Shown here in pieces: positions 24,946 to 34,787 of a stretch of 47,056 bases of DNA (positions are counted from its first letter, which is position 1; the number at the start of each line of letters is the position of its first letter). The position numbers were made by a program, and so were the translations under genes. The DNA is from a virus (Duplodnaviria > Caudoviricetes), in the IMG/VR virus record IMGVR_UViG_3300023237_000017, positions 1-47,056 of that record; one strand, given 5' to 3'. The notes under the pieces are model-generated. The model saw only the letters and a program-made list of their open reading frames with translations, was not told the DNA's origin and did not search any database.

Positions 24946-27125
24946 TTAGCGCCTTTGCCTTTAGCGGCCGCGAGTTCTTCAGCCGTCATCTTGCGACCAC
25001 CATATCTGGTGTAACCGTGGCGCTGCCAAAGGAGGTCTTTTTCGCGCATAGTATCCAGATCACGGGCATCTTGCGCCAACTGCTCGCGGCTCACCTCAGC
25101 CTCACGCATCCGGTCAAACGGCCTTGGCGGCAGCTCAGCCGTGCGCAGTCTCTCAGCGACATACCCGGCACCAGCCTCCGCTGCGCTATTGGCAGCGCCA
25201 GACAAGCCGTCGATCATGTCGCCTGAGACGCCCATAGGCGCCATGTCCTTGGCGTCCATCGACATGGCTGGATCATTCGCCGTCTGTTGCGCCTGCTGCC
25301 GAACGGCAGCCATCATTTCAGTGACTTCAGAAGGTGTCGGATTGATGCCTGACGCGCTGAAGTTCGCCATCGCTGCCCGATACATCGCCGTCTGAAGATT
25401 CTCGCCTGCTGTGCGGGACATATCGAACGCTGTTTCGCCCATCATCTGGCCGTTCTGCGCAACGATAGCGTTGAAAGCGACCTTGTAAGTCGCCTCGACA
25501 TCAGCAGATTGAAGCACACCCTGATCTGGGAACGCCGCCAATGCGGCCTGCACATGCTCTTTCGGAATTACACCGACTTCGGTGATCTGCCCCCGAGGTG
25601 TGGACTTGCCAGCCCACCAGTCGCCAGGATTCTTCAGCTTGACCTTGACAGACAGTGCCTCAAGCGTCTCGTCGCGCCAGTCGTCAGACGGCTCCTTGCC
25701 ATTTTCGCGGACATAATCGCGTTGCATGGCGTCGTAAGTCTGAAGAATGCCGCCCTTGGTTGCGGCACCCTTGTCACCATCAAGGACAATGCCTGCATTG
25801 CGCAGAGCCTGAACAGCCGCCGCATCGAGCGTGCGCGTGCTCTCAGCCTGCTTCGGATCGCCCTTGTTGGCCATGAATGACCATTGCTCAAGGTCAGCGT
25901 CACTGATGCGGTTCTGGTTCTCAGACAGGTATTTCTGGGCGCCGACGAAATCTTCCTTGCCGATCAGGTTAGCGATTTCAGAATACACCGCACGATCGGT
26001 CTTGATCTTGCCTTCAGCAGATTGAGCCGCAGCCCGAGCAGCCTTGGCAATCTCATGGTTCTGCATGGCAATCTTTGTCGTGCCGGGAATATTCGCCTGG
26101 ACACTCGACGGGATGCTGGCATAGCTGCGACCTTTAGCGATCAGGTTCCACGCCTCATTGGACGCCTCATTCTCAGTCGCAGTCTCGGCAGCATCGTTCT
26201 GGGACTTCATCCCGCCAATGCGTTGTTCAACACCTATGCGCAGGTCTTTGTTCTCGATGTCGCGAGCCATCTTGAGTGCCGCGCCATAGTCATCCTTGGC
26301 CAAGTTCATAAGTTCATCGGACTTGTCGATGACCGTATTGGCTCGCGCTTTCGCCTCGAACACATCATCCAGTTTTGCGCGCTGCTCAGGCATAATGCCC
26401 GCACGAAACTCCGCATCCTCAAGCAGCAGGCTTGCCTTGGCCAGAGATATGGAGTCGCCCGCATCCATCAGGCCCTCGATCGTCGCAATGTTGCGGATCG
26501 ATGTGCCGGCCTCAACACCTGCCTGTATCTTGAGCGCGTACTCTTCAGCGCCATCCTTGGTCAGCAAGCCGTTCTCAAGCTGGGCGCGACCAAGCGCGGA
26601 TGCCTCCACACGGGCATTTTCCAGCACCGTGGGATCGGATTCAGGATCAGAGGCCAGCTTCAGGAACGCATCCAGCACGCCCATCGTCTTGGCTTTGGCG
26701 CCATCGATCTCACGGACACGCACAAGCTCGCGCGTCTTCTGGCCGTACCGCATGACCGTCTCTTGTGCCTTAGCTTCCCACAGGCGCTTGTGCATGGGGG
26801 AAGACATGTTCGCACCTGTATTGGCCAGAACCTTCTTTGACGCTTCGGCAAATCGGCTTTCAAGGGTGGCTGGATCGGCATTCGTATCCCGCTCAAGTGC
26901 ACGATATTCCCGGCTCAGCAGGTCCTCATTCTCGATCTGAGCCTTGGCAACCTCAGCCTCGATATGGGATATCCGAACCTTCGTCGCATACTCATTCAGC
27001 GCAGCGCCCGTGTTTGACAGCTGATCCGCCATCGGGTCAGCGCCCGAGACACGGTTCTGCGAGACCGGCGAGATATTGTTCCGAACCTGGCTGTTCTGGA
27101 TGGGATCACGGGGCAGGACTGGCAT
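24942..27125 (-). CDS. Internal virion / ejection protein (gp15 position)
   Basis: 727-aa helical Ala-rich protein between the gp14-like and giant genes. Confidence 0.65.
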   Translation of the reverse strand: MPVLPRDPIQNSQVRNNISPVSQNRVSGADPMADQLSNTGAALNEYATKVRISHIEAEVAKAQIENEDLLSREYRALERDTNADPATLESRFAEASKKVLANTGANMSSPMHKRLWEAKAQETVMRYGQKTRELVRVREIDGAKAKTMGVLDAFLKLASDPESDPTVLENARVEASALGRAQLENGLLTKDGAEEYALKIQAGVEAGTSIRNIATIEGLMDAGDSISLAKASLLLEDAEFRAGIMPEQRAKLDDVFEAKARANTVIDKSDELMNLAKDDYGAALKMARDIENKDLRIGVEQRIGGMKSQNDAAETATENEASNEAWNLIAKGRSYASIPSSVQANIPGTTKIAMQNHEIAKAARAAAQSAEGKIKTDRAVYSEIANLIGKEDFVGAQKYLSENQNRISDADLEQWSFMANKGDPKQAESTRTLDAAAVQALRNAGIVLDGDKGAATKGGILQTYDAMQRDYVRENGKEPSDDWRDETLEALSVKVKLKNPGDWWAGKSTPRGQITEVGVIPKEHVQAALAAFPDQGVLQSADVEATYKVAFNAIVAQNGQMMGETAFDMSRTAGENLQTAMYRAAMANFSASGINPTPSEVTEMMAAVRQQAQQTANDPAMSMDAKDMAPMGVSGDMIDGLSGAANSAAEAGAGYVAERLRTAELPPRPFDRMREAEVSREQLAQDARDLDTMREKDLLWQRHGYTRYGGRKMTAEELAAAKGKGAK

Positions 27126-27710
27126 TTATCCCACGTATCCCGAGAAGTCTCGAATGCCCTGTGAGCTCACGCCCACCTTTGGAACTGTGCTGGTTGGTGT
27201 CGTAGTCCCACCGCCACCGAACTTGTCCGCCCATGATGCGCCACCCTTAACAATCGTCGTCGCAGCCGCCAGCCGACTTGCGCGGCGCTCTTCTCTCGCC
27301 TGAGCCAGCGCAAGATCACCGCCCTGACGGGTGACTTCGCCCTTGTACCTGATCTGTGATGCGCGCTCCTCAGCGCCGGCCATCTCGCGCAGCTGGTCAA
27401 GAACTGACGTGCCAACCGCCTCTTTCTGGATTGCCACGACCGTTGCGTCTGTTGTTGATCCCCCGCCAGCTGCCGCGTTCGCGCGCTGCTTGGCGAGGAT
27501 TTCATTCATCCGCTTGGCAATGATGCTCTGGTTATGTGAGGCAACCGCAATCTCCTGCCCTGCCTGAATGTCGAGATTGTCCGCCTCGGCATAGGCTGCG
27601 TCACGGTTGGCCTTGCCCGCCCTCAACGCCGAGTCGCCCGCTTTGATCTGTCCGGCTGCGGTCATCGCTGTTCCGGCTGCCATGAGGGTTAAAGTAACTG
27701 GGTCCGCCAT
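27126..27710 (-). CDS. Internal virion protein (gp14-like)
   Basis: MADPVT..hydrophobic N-terminus, QRA..AAGG motif, synteny. Confidence 0.7.
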   Translation of the reverse strand: MADPVTLTLMAAGTAMTAAGQIKAGDSALRAGKANRDAAYAEADNLDIQAGQEIAVASHNQSIIAKRMNEILAKQRANAAAGGGSTTDATVVAIQKEAVGTSVLDQLREMAGAEERASQIRYKGEVTRQGGDLALAQAREERRASRLAAATTIVKGGASWADKFGGGGTTTPTSTVPKVGVSSQGIRDFSGYVG

Positions 27711-28068
27711 CTAGTTCCAGTCTCCATCTTGGCAGCCCGTCAGGGCTTAATCCTGTATCGACAAACCCGAACCGCTCCAGCCATGCCCGAGCCCTTGGTT
27801 TGCGCTCATCCATGTCAGCCCAGATCGTCTGAACTCCCGCTTCACGGGCCGCTATAACTACCATATGGGCTAACCTGTGGACGCATCGTGGAGGGGTGCC
27901 GCGACTGTCAAACACCGCCCAGAACTTGCCGAACCTCAGCCAGATGCCGCCAAGGCATTGCAATTCACCCTCGCTGTCTCGCAGCGCGTACCCCATGATG
28001 GTGCCGGGAATAAATGGCGCGTCCCATTCCTCAAAATGAGCGCGCGTCAGGACTTCAACCCTAGCCAT
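27601..28068 (-). CDS. GNAT-fold protein (gp13 position)
   Basis: A..WLERFGF motif; lies between nozzle and gp14-like gene. Confidence 0.65.
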   Translation of the reverse strand: MARVEVLTRAHFEEWDAPFIPGTIMGYALRDSEGELQCLGGIWLRFGKFWAVFDSRGTPPRCVHRLAHMVVIAAREAGVQTIWADMDERKPRARAWLERFGFVDTGLSPDGLPRWRLELDGGPSYFNPHGSRNSDDRSRTDQSGRLGVEGGQGQP

Positions 28069-30346
28069 TGACCTTCATCTTAGGCGCAATTCCGAGAACG
28101 GTTGCAGGCCCGGCCCCAGACATGCGGATCGTCAGGCGTGTATCCCGGCTGGTTTCGCCCATGACCTTGAACTCACGGTCCTCGGTGAACACCTGGACCG
28201 GGCTGTCATAGGTCAGTGTCCCGTCATCATCCCGGTCTGGCAATATCTCCATGTCGGTGAAATCATCATATCCGACCTCAAGGCACCCGCCTGCCGTCTC
28301 ATGGACAACAACGCTTGCGTCCTCAAGCTGCTTGTTGGTGGCGAGGCTGGAGCCCATCTGAGCACCCCAGTTGAGCCGTGGGCCCTTGTAGAGCCCGTCA
28401 TACTTGAGGCCGATAATCGCATATGTCACAGCGTAATCCAGTGCAGCAATGCCACCAGATGCAACCGTGTAAGGCCCGCTGATGCGACCATTGCCCCAGA
28501 CATACACGTCTTCCCTGCCCTCAAGGTGGGATAGTCCGCTGGAGATGACAGACGTTTCGGCACCGTCATACACCGCAGATGCGTGAAGCCGGTTCGCTTC
28601 GCTGACCGTATCCCACTCCTGGTTTGCCAGTTGCTCGATATAGCGCACCGTCCCACCGTCAACAGTGCGCTTGATGACGAAATAAACCTCGTCCTCATCA
28701 CCGCCAGGCATGCAGCAGACGCTTTCAACAAAGCCGTCAACCTTGAGCCGGCACCATGCGACCACGCTTTCATCAAGATCGAACACAAGGCAACCGCACT
28801 CACCATCCGCCCTGACAGCCCAGACGCGCGGCTCAGGCTCAGTCTGGTATGCGATCGATACAAACCCGCCCGCTCCTGAAATCTGCCTGTGCAGGCGCGT
28901 TAGGTCGATTGTGCTGAACGATGATGACCCGTCTGCCGGCCCGAACCAGTACATGCGCTTGGCCGTCCGGTTGATAAACACAGCCGCATCGTCAATCACT
29001 GCCGGGTCCGCATCCAGCGACCCGCGTGTCTTGACCCCCCGTGACTTGACGTTCTCAGGCATCAGAACATCATCCAGTGCGTTCGATGATATCTCCGCCT
29101 CGAACCCTGACAGGCCTGCGACAAGGCGAGATGCCCCAGCCAGCCAGCGTGTCGAACTCATGCGCCCGCCAAATGTCCGGCCAATCGCCTGATCTGCGAG
29201 CGGGCCAATGGCGAAACTCCCGAAATCATCCGAAGCAGAGCCCCAATAATAGTTGCCCCGCGCCGTCCATAACCGCCCGTCAAACAGCGCCACCGCAGCA
29301 GGATAGCCATATCGGACGGACCATTCACCGAAATTCCAGAGCGTAGTGGCTGTCGTCTTGGCAAAGGGCTCGATCACATCGACCGTCACCTGGTTATCAG
29401 CGTCAACCGTGATAACCCGCGCCACACCATCAGTGACGCCTGAACCATAGGTAAGCTCAACCGTTGCCGTCCCGCTGCTATAGGCGGACATGCGCAAGCG
29501 GTAATAGATGATCTGGTTATCAAGGTCATCATCGATCGTCACGGCGGTCGCTGACGTGTAGCTGGCAAACGTGCCGAACGAATATTCATTGCCGATCGAC
29601 CGCTCCAGCAGGATCGTGCCGGTGAATGTTCCCGTGATCGACACCTGGAACTGGCGCGAGGTCGTGATACCGCTCACACGTATTGCATCCGTCAGGTTAT
29701 CGACTGCGCTGAAATCCTCAGTCTCAAACTGGCCGTCATGCGTCAGGCGGATCAGGGCGCCCACATCCGTTGTGGCAAACAGTTCTGTCGATGCTGTCAG
29801 GGTCGTGGTTCCCGTGCGCGCCGCAGCTGTCAGCGTCGTATCTGTCAGGTTGAGCGGCGCGAATGGCCCGTCATACTGGACCCACGGGCGAAAACTCCAC
29901 GAGTTTTGCCCCCGGCGCTCAAGCACTTGCATCTCAGCCCCACCCCCGGCGAAGAACACGGTGTTCAGGGATTGTGCATGGCGAACGCTTGGAATCGCGC
30001 TCGCAAGATAAGGCGTTTCGATTTCCATGACGCCCGGCGCAATGCGGGCAAATCCATCAAGAGTCGCAGTCCCAACACCAACCATGCGGAACTCGACATA
30101 ATAGGGTGATACTCCCGGCGTGAAGCTGACAATGTGGAATCCCGGCAGGAACGGGCTGTCCGTCAGAACCTCTTGCCCGCCAGCAGACGTGCCGACGCGG
30201 AGCACAAGAGGGCGGCGTGTGATCGTGAACTCGAATGAAACAAGATCAGTTGGCGCGGCTGTCGTGACAGACGATCGCGCAATTGCGATATTGCCCGCCG
30301 TGCCAGTGAATGTGATGACAGAGCCGACGATCCCGATGGATGACAT
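28061..30346 (-). CDS. Tail nozzle / tubular protein B, C-terminal part
   Basis: IETPY....I..VR.AQS, GYPAAV..FDGRL, VVAWCR, LSHLEG..V.V, IGLKY motifs. Confidence 0.85.
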   Translation of the reverse strand: MSSIGIVGSVITFTGTAGNIAIARSSVTTAAPTDLVSFEFTITRRPLVLRVGTSAGGQEVLTDSPFLPGFHIVSFTPGVSPYYVEFRMVGVGTATLDGFARIAPGVMEIETPYLASAIPSVRHAQSLNTVFFAGGGAEMQVLERRGQNSWSFRPWVQYDGPFAPLNLTDTTLTAAARTGTTTLTASTELFATTDVGALIRLTHDGQFETEDFSAVDNLTDAIRVSGITTSRQFQVSITGTFTGTILLERSIGNEYSFGTFASYTSATAVTIDDDLDNQIIYYRLRMSAYSSGTATVELTYGSGVTDGVARVITVDADNQVTVDVIEPFAKTTATTLWNFGEWSVRYGYPAAVALFDGRLWTARGNYYWGSASDDFGSFAIGPLADQAIGRTFGGRMSSTRWLAGASRLVAGLSGFEAEISSNALDDVLMPENVKSRGVKTRGSLDADPAVIDDAAVFINRTAKRMYWFGPADGSSSFSTIDLTRLHRQISGAGGFVSIAYQTEPEPRVWAVRADGECGCLVFDLDESVVAWCRLKVDGFVESVCCMPGGDEDEVYFVIKRTVDGGTVRYIEQLANQEWDTVSEANRLHASAVYDGAETSVISSGLSHLEGREDVYVWGNGRISGPYTVASGGIAALDYAVTYAIIGLKYDGLYKGPRLNWGAQMGSSLATNKQLEDASVVVHETAGGCLEVGYDDFTDMEILPDRDDDGTLTYDSPVQVFTEDREFKVMGETSRDTRLTIRMSGAGPATVLGIAPKMKVNG

Positions 30347-30774
30347 TAGGCGTAAACCCCGAAGAATGAGCCGGTGAAGTCATATGTGAACGTATAATCA
30401 GGCGTTGGCGCAGCGCCGCCACCCGCCGGAACAACCGCGCTTTCGTCCGTGAATGTCCCAACTGTCGCAGCCGCGCCCGTCAGCGACACAAGCCCGCCCT
30501 CAAACACCAGCCTCAGAACATTGTCAGAGAACTCCATTGCGAACCGATCAGTCTCACTGAATATGAACGGGCGAAGATGGGCCGTCGCATCAGATGGCGT
30601 GGAGGCGACAAACACCGTTCCCGGCATCTTCGACATGCCCCCCTGAACGAGCGGAAAGATATTTTCCATGGTTTCAGCGCCGCGTTCGTAGCCCTCAAGG
30701 TCTGTGCGGGCGAGCGCTTCCTTGCCCATCTCGCCCTTGTTGAACGCGAGGACTTCGTTCTTGGACTTGACCAT
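30346..30774 (-). CDS. Tail nozzle N-terminal part encoded as a separate ORF
   Basis: AFNKGE.....LARTD...Y..G...MEN..PL.QGG..K.PGT.FV..LRPF.FS is the usual nozzle N-terminus. Confidence 0.75.
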   Translation of the reverse strand: MVKSKNEVLAFNKGEMGKEALARTDLEGYERGAETMENIFPLVQGGMSKMPGTVFVASTPSDATAHLRPFIFSETDRFAMEFSDNVLRLVFEGGLVSLTGAAATVGTFTDESAVVPAGGGAAPTPDYTFTYDFTGSFFGVYA

Positions 30775-31379
30775 CAGTAATTCCTTGACGTGCGAATACC
30801 CTGTATCCGGGCTGTGACGAATGCCCCGGCTGGCTGGCGATAGACAGGATCACCCCGTGCATCTAGCGCCTTCGCATCGACCGTGCGGCTATCAACAGCC
30901 TTGCCAATTCGGACGCGCACCGCATCGCTCTCGTCAGTCGAAGGGTGAACCTCATCAGCGAGCCACGCAGCCACCATGTCAGCGAACTTCTGCGACCAGC
31001 TTCCCACCTGCGTGTAATAGGTTTTATCGATGTACTTGGCATAGGTGGTTTCCGAATTGGTCAGGATGCGCCCGCCACGGTCCTCGAAGTCGATCGAGGG
31101 CCGCTCAAAATCCGTTGCATTCGTCACCTTCAGCAGCCGGACACATGCAGCAGGCTTGTTGAATGTGTAGTCCCAGCCATCAAGCGCCGGCAGGACACTC
31201 GATAGCAGCACCGTGGAGGACGCAAAATTCCAGTCATGGTCCTCGAACCGGGAGGCAACAACGTCATCCCACGCATTCAGGCACTTCTTGACCGGCTTGC
31301 GGGTCTCATCCAGCGCCATGCTTTCAGGCTCACCGAGAAGCCTGAGCGCGTTGTTAATTATTGAGGCCTTGGTAGCCAT
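30774..31379 (-). CDS. Tail adaptor / tubular protein A (gp11-like)
   Basis: I.NNAL..LGE, HDWNFA, W.Y.F..P..C.R, F...VA..LA. Confidence 0.85.
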   Translation of the reverse strand: MATKASIINNALRLLGEPESMALDETRKPVKKCLNAWDDVVASRFEDHDWNFASSTVLLSSVLPALDGWDYTFNKPAACVRLLKVTNATDFERPSIDFEDRGGRILTNSETTYAKYIDKTYYTQVGSWSQKFADMVAAWLADEVHPSTDESDAVRVRIGKAVDSRTVDAKALDARGDPVYRQPAGAFVTARIQGIRTSRNY

Positions 31380-31912
31380 CAGGCAGCCTCACTCTCCGCT
31401 TCAGCGTCAGCCTTCTTGGCTTTCGTGGGCTTCGGCGCAATAGCAGCCTTCACGGCAGCGCGGGTGTTCTCGGCAGCTGTGCGGGTCGCAGCAATAGCAT
31501 GGGCGCGGATCGACGCGGCTTCCGTCGACAGGAAGCCCGTCTCCTTCTCAACAGGCTCGCCATTGTAGAACAGCCCGTGATGCTCGGCGCCGCCAAGCCA
31601 TTTGCTGGACCAGCCTTTCGGGAACGTCTGAGGAGTGTAATCCGTCAGCGCAATCCGCTCGCGCGTGACGCATTGGCTGGTGCTCAGGGACTGAGCCATG
31701 ACCTGGAGTTCACCGAACCGGGAATAGTCCTGCCACTCGATCTCGATGATATCGCCAACGGTCAGCATGTCAGACGCCATCACCTTGCCAAAATACTCAG
31801 GCGAGCGAACCTCCTCGATGGAATGATCCACGGGAACGCGGCAGAGGTACTTGTTACGCGACTTGCCTGCGACTTCGAGGCTGATGTTTTCCATCTTGCA
31901 GTGGGCGGTCAT
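31379..31912 (-). CDS. Hypothetical virion-module protein
   Basis: GGAGAG RBS; coupled to the adaptor gene. Confidence 0.6.
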   Translation of the reverse strand: MTAHCKMENISLEVAGKSRNKYLCRVPVDHSIEEVRSPEYFGKVMASDMLTVGDIIEIEWQDYSRFGELQVMAQSLSTSQCVTRERIALTDYTPQTFPKGWSSKWLGGAEHHGLFYNGEPVEKETGFLSTEAASIRAHAIAATRTAAENTRAAVKAAIAPKPTKAKKADAEAESEAA

Positions 31913-31948
31913 GTTCTCTCCATGAGCAAAGGGGCCAGTGTTTGTGCA

Positions 31949-31984
31949 ACACTAGCCCCCCGCATGGTGATAGCGCGTGAACGC
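31949..31984 (-). promoter_or_regulatory. Candidate late promoter of the tail operon
   Basis: GCGTTC-ACGCGC-TATC...GGGC-TAGTGT, same 30-nt geometry as the other copies. Confidence 0.4.
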
Positions 31985-31986
31985 TA

Positions 31987-32304
31987 TTAGGCCGTGGCAG
32001 CCACAGACAGGGCCGTCTCGGTCGAGACCGTTGCCGCGTCACCGCTTACGTCAATGCAGACGTAGATACTGGCATCTGCCGGAGCAGCCGCCATCTTGGC
32101 AGTCGTGGACACCGGCACGGCAGTCGTCCAGACCGTCGCGAACACGATGTCGCCTGGTTCCATGCCGCGAGCTGCGCCATCCGAGAAGTGGAGGGCGGTA
32201 TCAACGACACCCGTGGCATCAATGCCATGGTAGACCCAGATGTTGGTGCCGAGAGGACCAATCGCAGGCAGGGCCAAGGTGAGATAGTTCGTATTATAAG
32301 CCAT
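31987..32304 (-). CDS. Probable capsid decoration/cement protein
   Basis: 105-aa Ala/Thr/Val-rich ORF directly after the capsid gene. Confidence 0.55.
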   Translation of the reverse strand: MAYNTNYLTLALPAIGPLGTNIWVYHGIDATGVVDTALHFSDGAARGMEPGDIVFATVWTTAVPVSTTAKMAAAPADASIYVCIDVSGDAATVSTETALSVAATA

Positions 32305-32322
32305 AGTTCAGGGTTCCTTTGC

Positions 32323-33180
32323 TTACGCGATGGCTGCGGTGTCGTCGGTGATCGCACGGATCACGCCACGAGGCAGGGCGAGGGCGCGAGCGTCCTTGAC
32401 CTTGCCCCATGTTTCCCAGCGGTCTTCAGGCTCGTAGTAATACATGTGAACCTCTGGCTCGCCAGCAATCTGGTGGGCAACCGCGTCTTCATGCCAGATG
32501 TGGCAATCAGCCGTCGATGTACCGAGACCGGAAAGGTTCGTGGCCATGAACCACTTCACGCCCAGCCAGTTCCAGTAGCCATTCTCACCATAACCCGCCG
32601 TGCCAGCATCGACCTTCTTGACGGCGGTATAGTCTGCCGACTTGAACTCGTTGATAGTCATCATCTGGCCGAGGGCCTTCGGTGTCAGAGCGCCCCAGAC
32701 ACGGCCATCAGCAGGGACATCGTTTGCCCAGAGCTGCGTGGTCCATGTCAGGATGCTGCCGAGAGTGCCGAGATCAACAGCAGAGGCCGAAACCTCATTG
32801 GTTGTGGAGTCGAGCATCTCGATAATGCGCGCATCCGACTTGCGGTGACATGCAGCAATGACCTTGCGGTACTGCTGGGCGCGGTAGTTTGGGTTACCCT
32901 TGAAAGCATCAAAATCATCGATCTTGTACTTCTTGAAGAACTCTTTCGGGGTGTCCGACACTTGGCTGTTCACCAGGTTAGAGACGGGGATCGAGCCATC
33001 ACGGCCACGTTCCATTGCCTCATCGGTCAGTCCGGTTACATCCCAGTAGATGGTGCCGGCGCGGTCGAGGCCATCAGAGCGAACTGCCTTCATGAACAGG
33101 GATTTCTCCCGCTCGAAGTCCGTCTTGAACTCGTTGTTGTACATGCTGCGCTCAAGGGCGCTCACGGTATTTACAGACAT
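32323..33180 (-). CDS. Major capsid protein (BPP-1/T7-like)
   Basis: Follows scaffold; R..D..II, EFKSADY, WLG.KW motifs. Confidence 0.85.
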   Translation of the reverse strand: MSVNTVSALERSMYNNEFKTDFEREKSLFMKAVRSDGLDRAGTIYWDVTGLTDEAMERGRDGSIPVSNLVNSQVSDTPKEFFKKYKIDDFDAFKGNPNYRAQQYRKVIAACHRKSDARIIEMLDSTTNEVSASAVDLGTLGSILTWTTQLWANDVPADGRVWGALTPKALGQMMTINEFKSADYTAVKKVDAGTAGYGENGYWNWLGVKWFMATNLSGLGTSTADCHIWHEDAVAHQIAGEPEVHMYYYEPEDRWETWGKVKDARALALPRGVIRAITDDTAAIA

Positions 33181-33194
33181 GATTTAGGGTTCCC

Positions 33195-33360
33195 TTGTCT
33201 GGGTTGAATCAAAAAAGGGCGATAATGGATATGCCTGCGGATAAGCCCGTGAGGGGGCCGCGTTGGCGTCCGGGGTAGTTTATCGCAGGGCCGGTTTCCC
33301 GGTAAGCTGCGTGACCTTGGATCTACCCCTCGCCATAACGGGCAGGCCCTTGGTCAAGGC
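33195..33360 (-). ncRNA. Structured leader upstream of the capsid gene
   Basis: Several hairpins; two carry the same CUUA / CC internal loop. Confidence 0.4.
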
Positions 33361-33369
33361 ACGTACGTA

Positions 33370-34317
33370 CTACCGTGCCGATCTTGCTTTACGCTCCATC
33401 AGCTGCTGCAGGCGGGCGCCCGGCGCTGAAACTTCGGCGTATTTGGCTTTGTCGGTGTCCCGATAGCCCTCTAATTTCTTGATCTCCGCATCCAGGTTGT
33501 CACCTGCCAGGCCGTCACCGCTCACAAGCGTCTGGAGGAACACAGGGTCCTCGCCAGAGGCGCGCGATGCGGCAGCCATTGCCTTGATGAACCGCTTGTC
33601 AGTGCCGAGGACGCTGCCATTGGCGAGTGTGATCTGGAGAATGTCGTCAGGGTCATCCACGTCGAAGAATGACTGGATGCCCGCCTCGGCATACTTCTTG
33701 TTGATCTCGTACTCCGAACCCCACTCAATCTTGAGGTCTTTCTCAGCCTGGACGCGGGCCATCTCAGCACCAGCCGCCATCTGGGCCGTCTGCTCAGCGA
33801 GGAGACCATAGTACAATTCGTGAGCCTGGTTGACACCTTCAGGAGTCGCGAGGAACCCGCCCTTCTTGTGAAGCTGTTCAGTGATCGACCCGAGAAACGC
33901 CTTATCAGCGTCGGAGACTTCAAGGCCATCCGGCACGGCAGCCGTGATCGTGTAATCCTTGGCGGCAGTCGGGATGCCCAGCTTCTTGTTGAACTCGGCC
34001 TTCTGCTCATCGGTGGCATCTTCGCCTAATAGCTTGATAACGCCATCGTCGCGGTTTCTCAGGGCTGTCTGAGTGTCCTTGAACGCCTTGTTGAAATCGG
34101 CAGGCGTGTTGTATTTCTGCAGGTCCTTGTATGACTTGTCGTCTTCGCCAGCGAGAGTGCGGCGCCAGTCGGAGGCATCGGGAGCTGGGCCGTCTGCCAC
34201 AGGAGCATCAGGTTGCGTTCCCTTATCTGCCACAGGTGCGACAGGAGGAGCGCCCGCGACGGGGGCGGTTGTGGGGGCAGGTGCGGCATGGGCTTCAGGT
34301 GCAGTAACATCAGACAT
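33370..34317 (-). CDS. Capsid scaffolding protein
   Basis: Pro/Ala N-terminus, DWR..L, KLG.P....Y, LK.EWG..Y; upstream of capsid. Confidence 0.8.
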   Translation of the reverse strand: MSDVTAPEAHAAPAPTTAPVAGAPPVAPVADKGTQPDAPVADGPAPDASDWRRTLAGEDDKSYKDLQKYNTPADFNKAFKDTQTALRNRDDGVIKLLGEDATDEQKAEFNKKLGIPTAAKDYTITAAVPDGLEVSDADKAFLGSITEQLHKKGGFLATPEGVNQAHELYYGLLAEQTAQMAAGAEMARVQAEKDLKIEWGSEYEINKKYAEAGIQSFFDVDDPDDILQITLANGSVLGTDKRFIKAMAAASRASGEDPVFLQTLVSGDGLAGDNLDAEIKKLEGYRDTDKAKYAEVSAPGARLQQLMERKARSAR

Positions 34318-34345
34318 GAGTAGGCCTTTCGGGTCTCTATGCTGC

Positions 34346-34381
34346 CATTATGCACGGGGGCTGGGGATACGGTGTGAATGG
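34346..34381 (-). promoter_or_regulatory. Candidate late promoter for scaffold and capsid
   Basis: CCATTC-N6-TATCCCCAGCCCCC-GTG-CATAAT. Confidence 0.55.
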
Positions 34382-34382
34382 C

Positions 34383-34655
34383 CTATTCGTCAGGCTCACG
34401 CGCCTCGAACAAGCGGATATCTGCAAGGGATGCCAACTGGTAGCCAACCCACTTGCGGCCAGCCAGGAACCCTGCTGAGCGTTCTGACATGACCGCAGGT
34501 TCAGATGCCGTGATCGGGGCCAGCACGTTCAGGAGCAGGTTCGCAATGATCCGCTGTTGCGGGCCGGTTGCCGTGCCACGGAAGAATGCACGGGCTGCCA
34601 GTTGCTCTGCCTCGTCGAATGGGCGGGACTGATCGGCGTGGAGTACGTTGGTCAT
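34383..34655 (-). CDS. Bbp19-like protein
   Basis: G.A...QQR...FLAGRKWVG.Q.; lies upstream of scaffold. Confidence 0.65.
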   Translation of the reverse strand: MTNVLHADQSRPFDEAEQLAARAFFRGTATGPQQRIIANLLLNVLAPITASEPAVMSERSAGFLAGRKWVGYQLASLADIRLFEAREPDE

Positions 34656-34768
34656 GCGTTCAGCTCCGCAATGCGCGCATTACACTCTGCCAGTTTCCAG
34701 GTTGCCGTCGTGACCGGGCCGCAGACTTCATCATTCGCGTCTAGCGTCTGCTTGTCAGTGGTCGCCAT
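34652..34768 (-). CDS. 38-aa hypothetical protein
   Basis: AAAGGA RBS; MATTDKQ...ELNA*; ATGA overlap with next gene. Confidence 0.35.
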   Translation of the reverse strand: MATTDKQTLDANDEVCGPVTTATWKLAECNARIAELNA

Positions 34769-34787
34769 CACTTAAATCCTTTGTGGT

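Noticed and set aside
27601-27710. 110-nt overlap of the GNAT-fold gene with the gp14-like gene
   Set aside because: The extension looks like an unstructured run-on tail; no sign of a dual function
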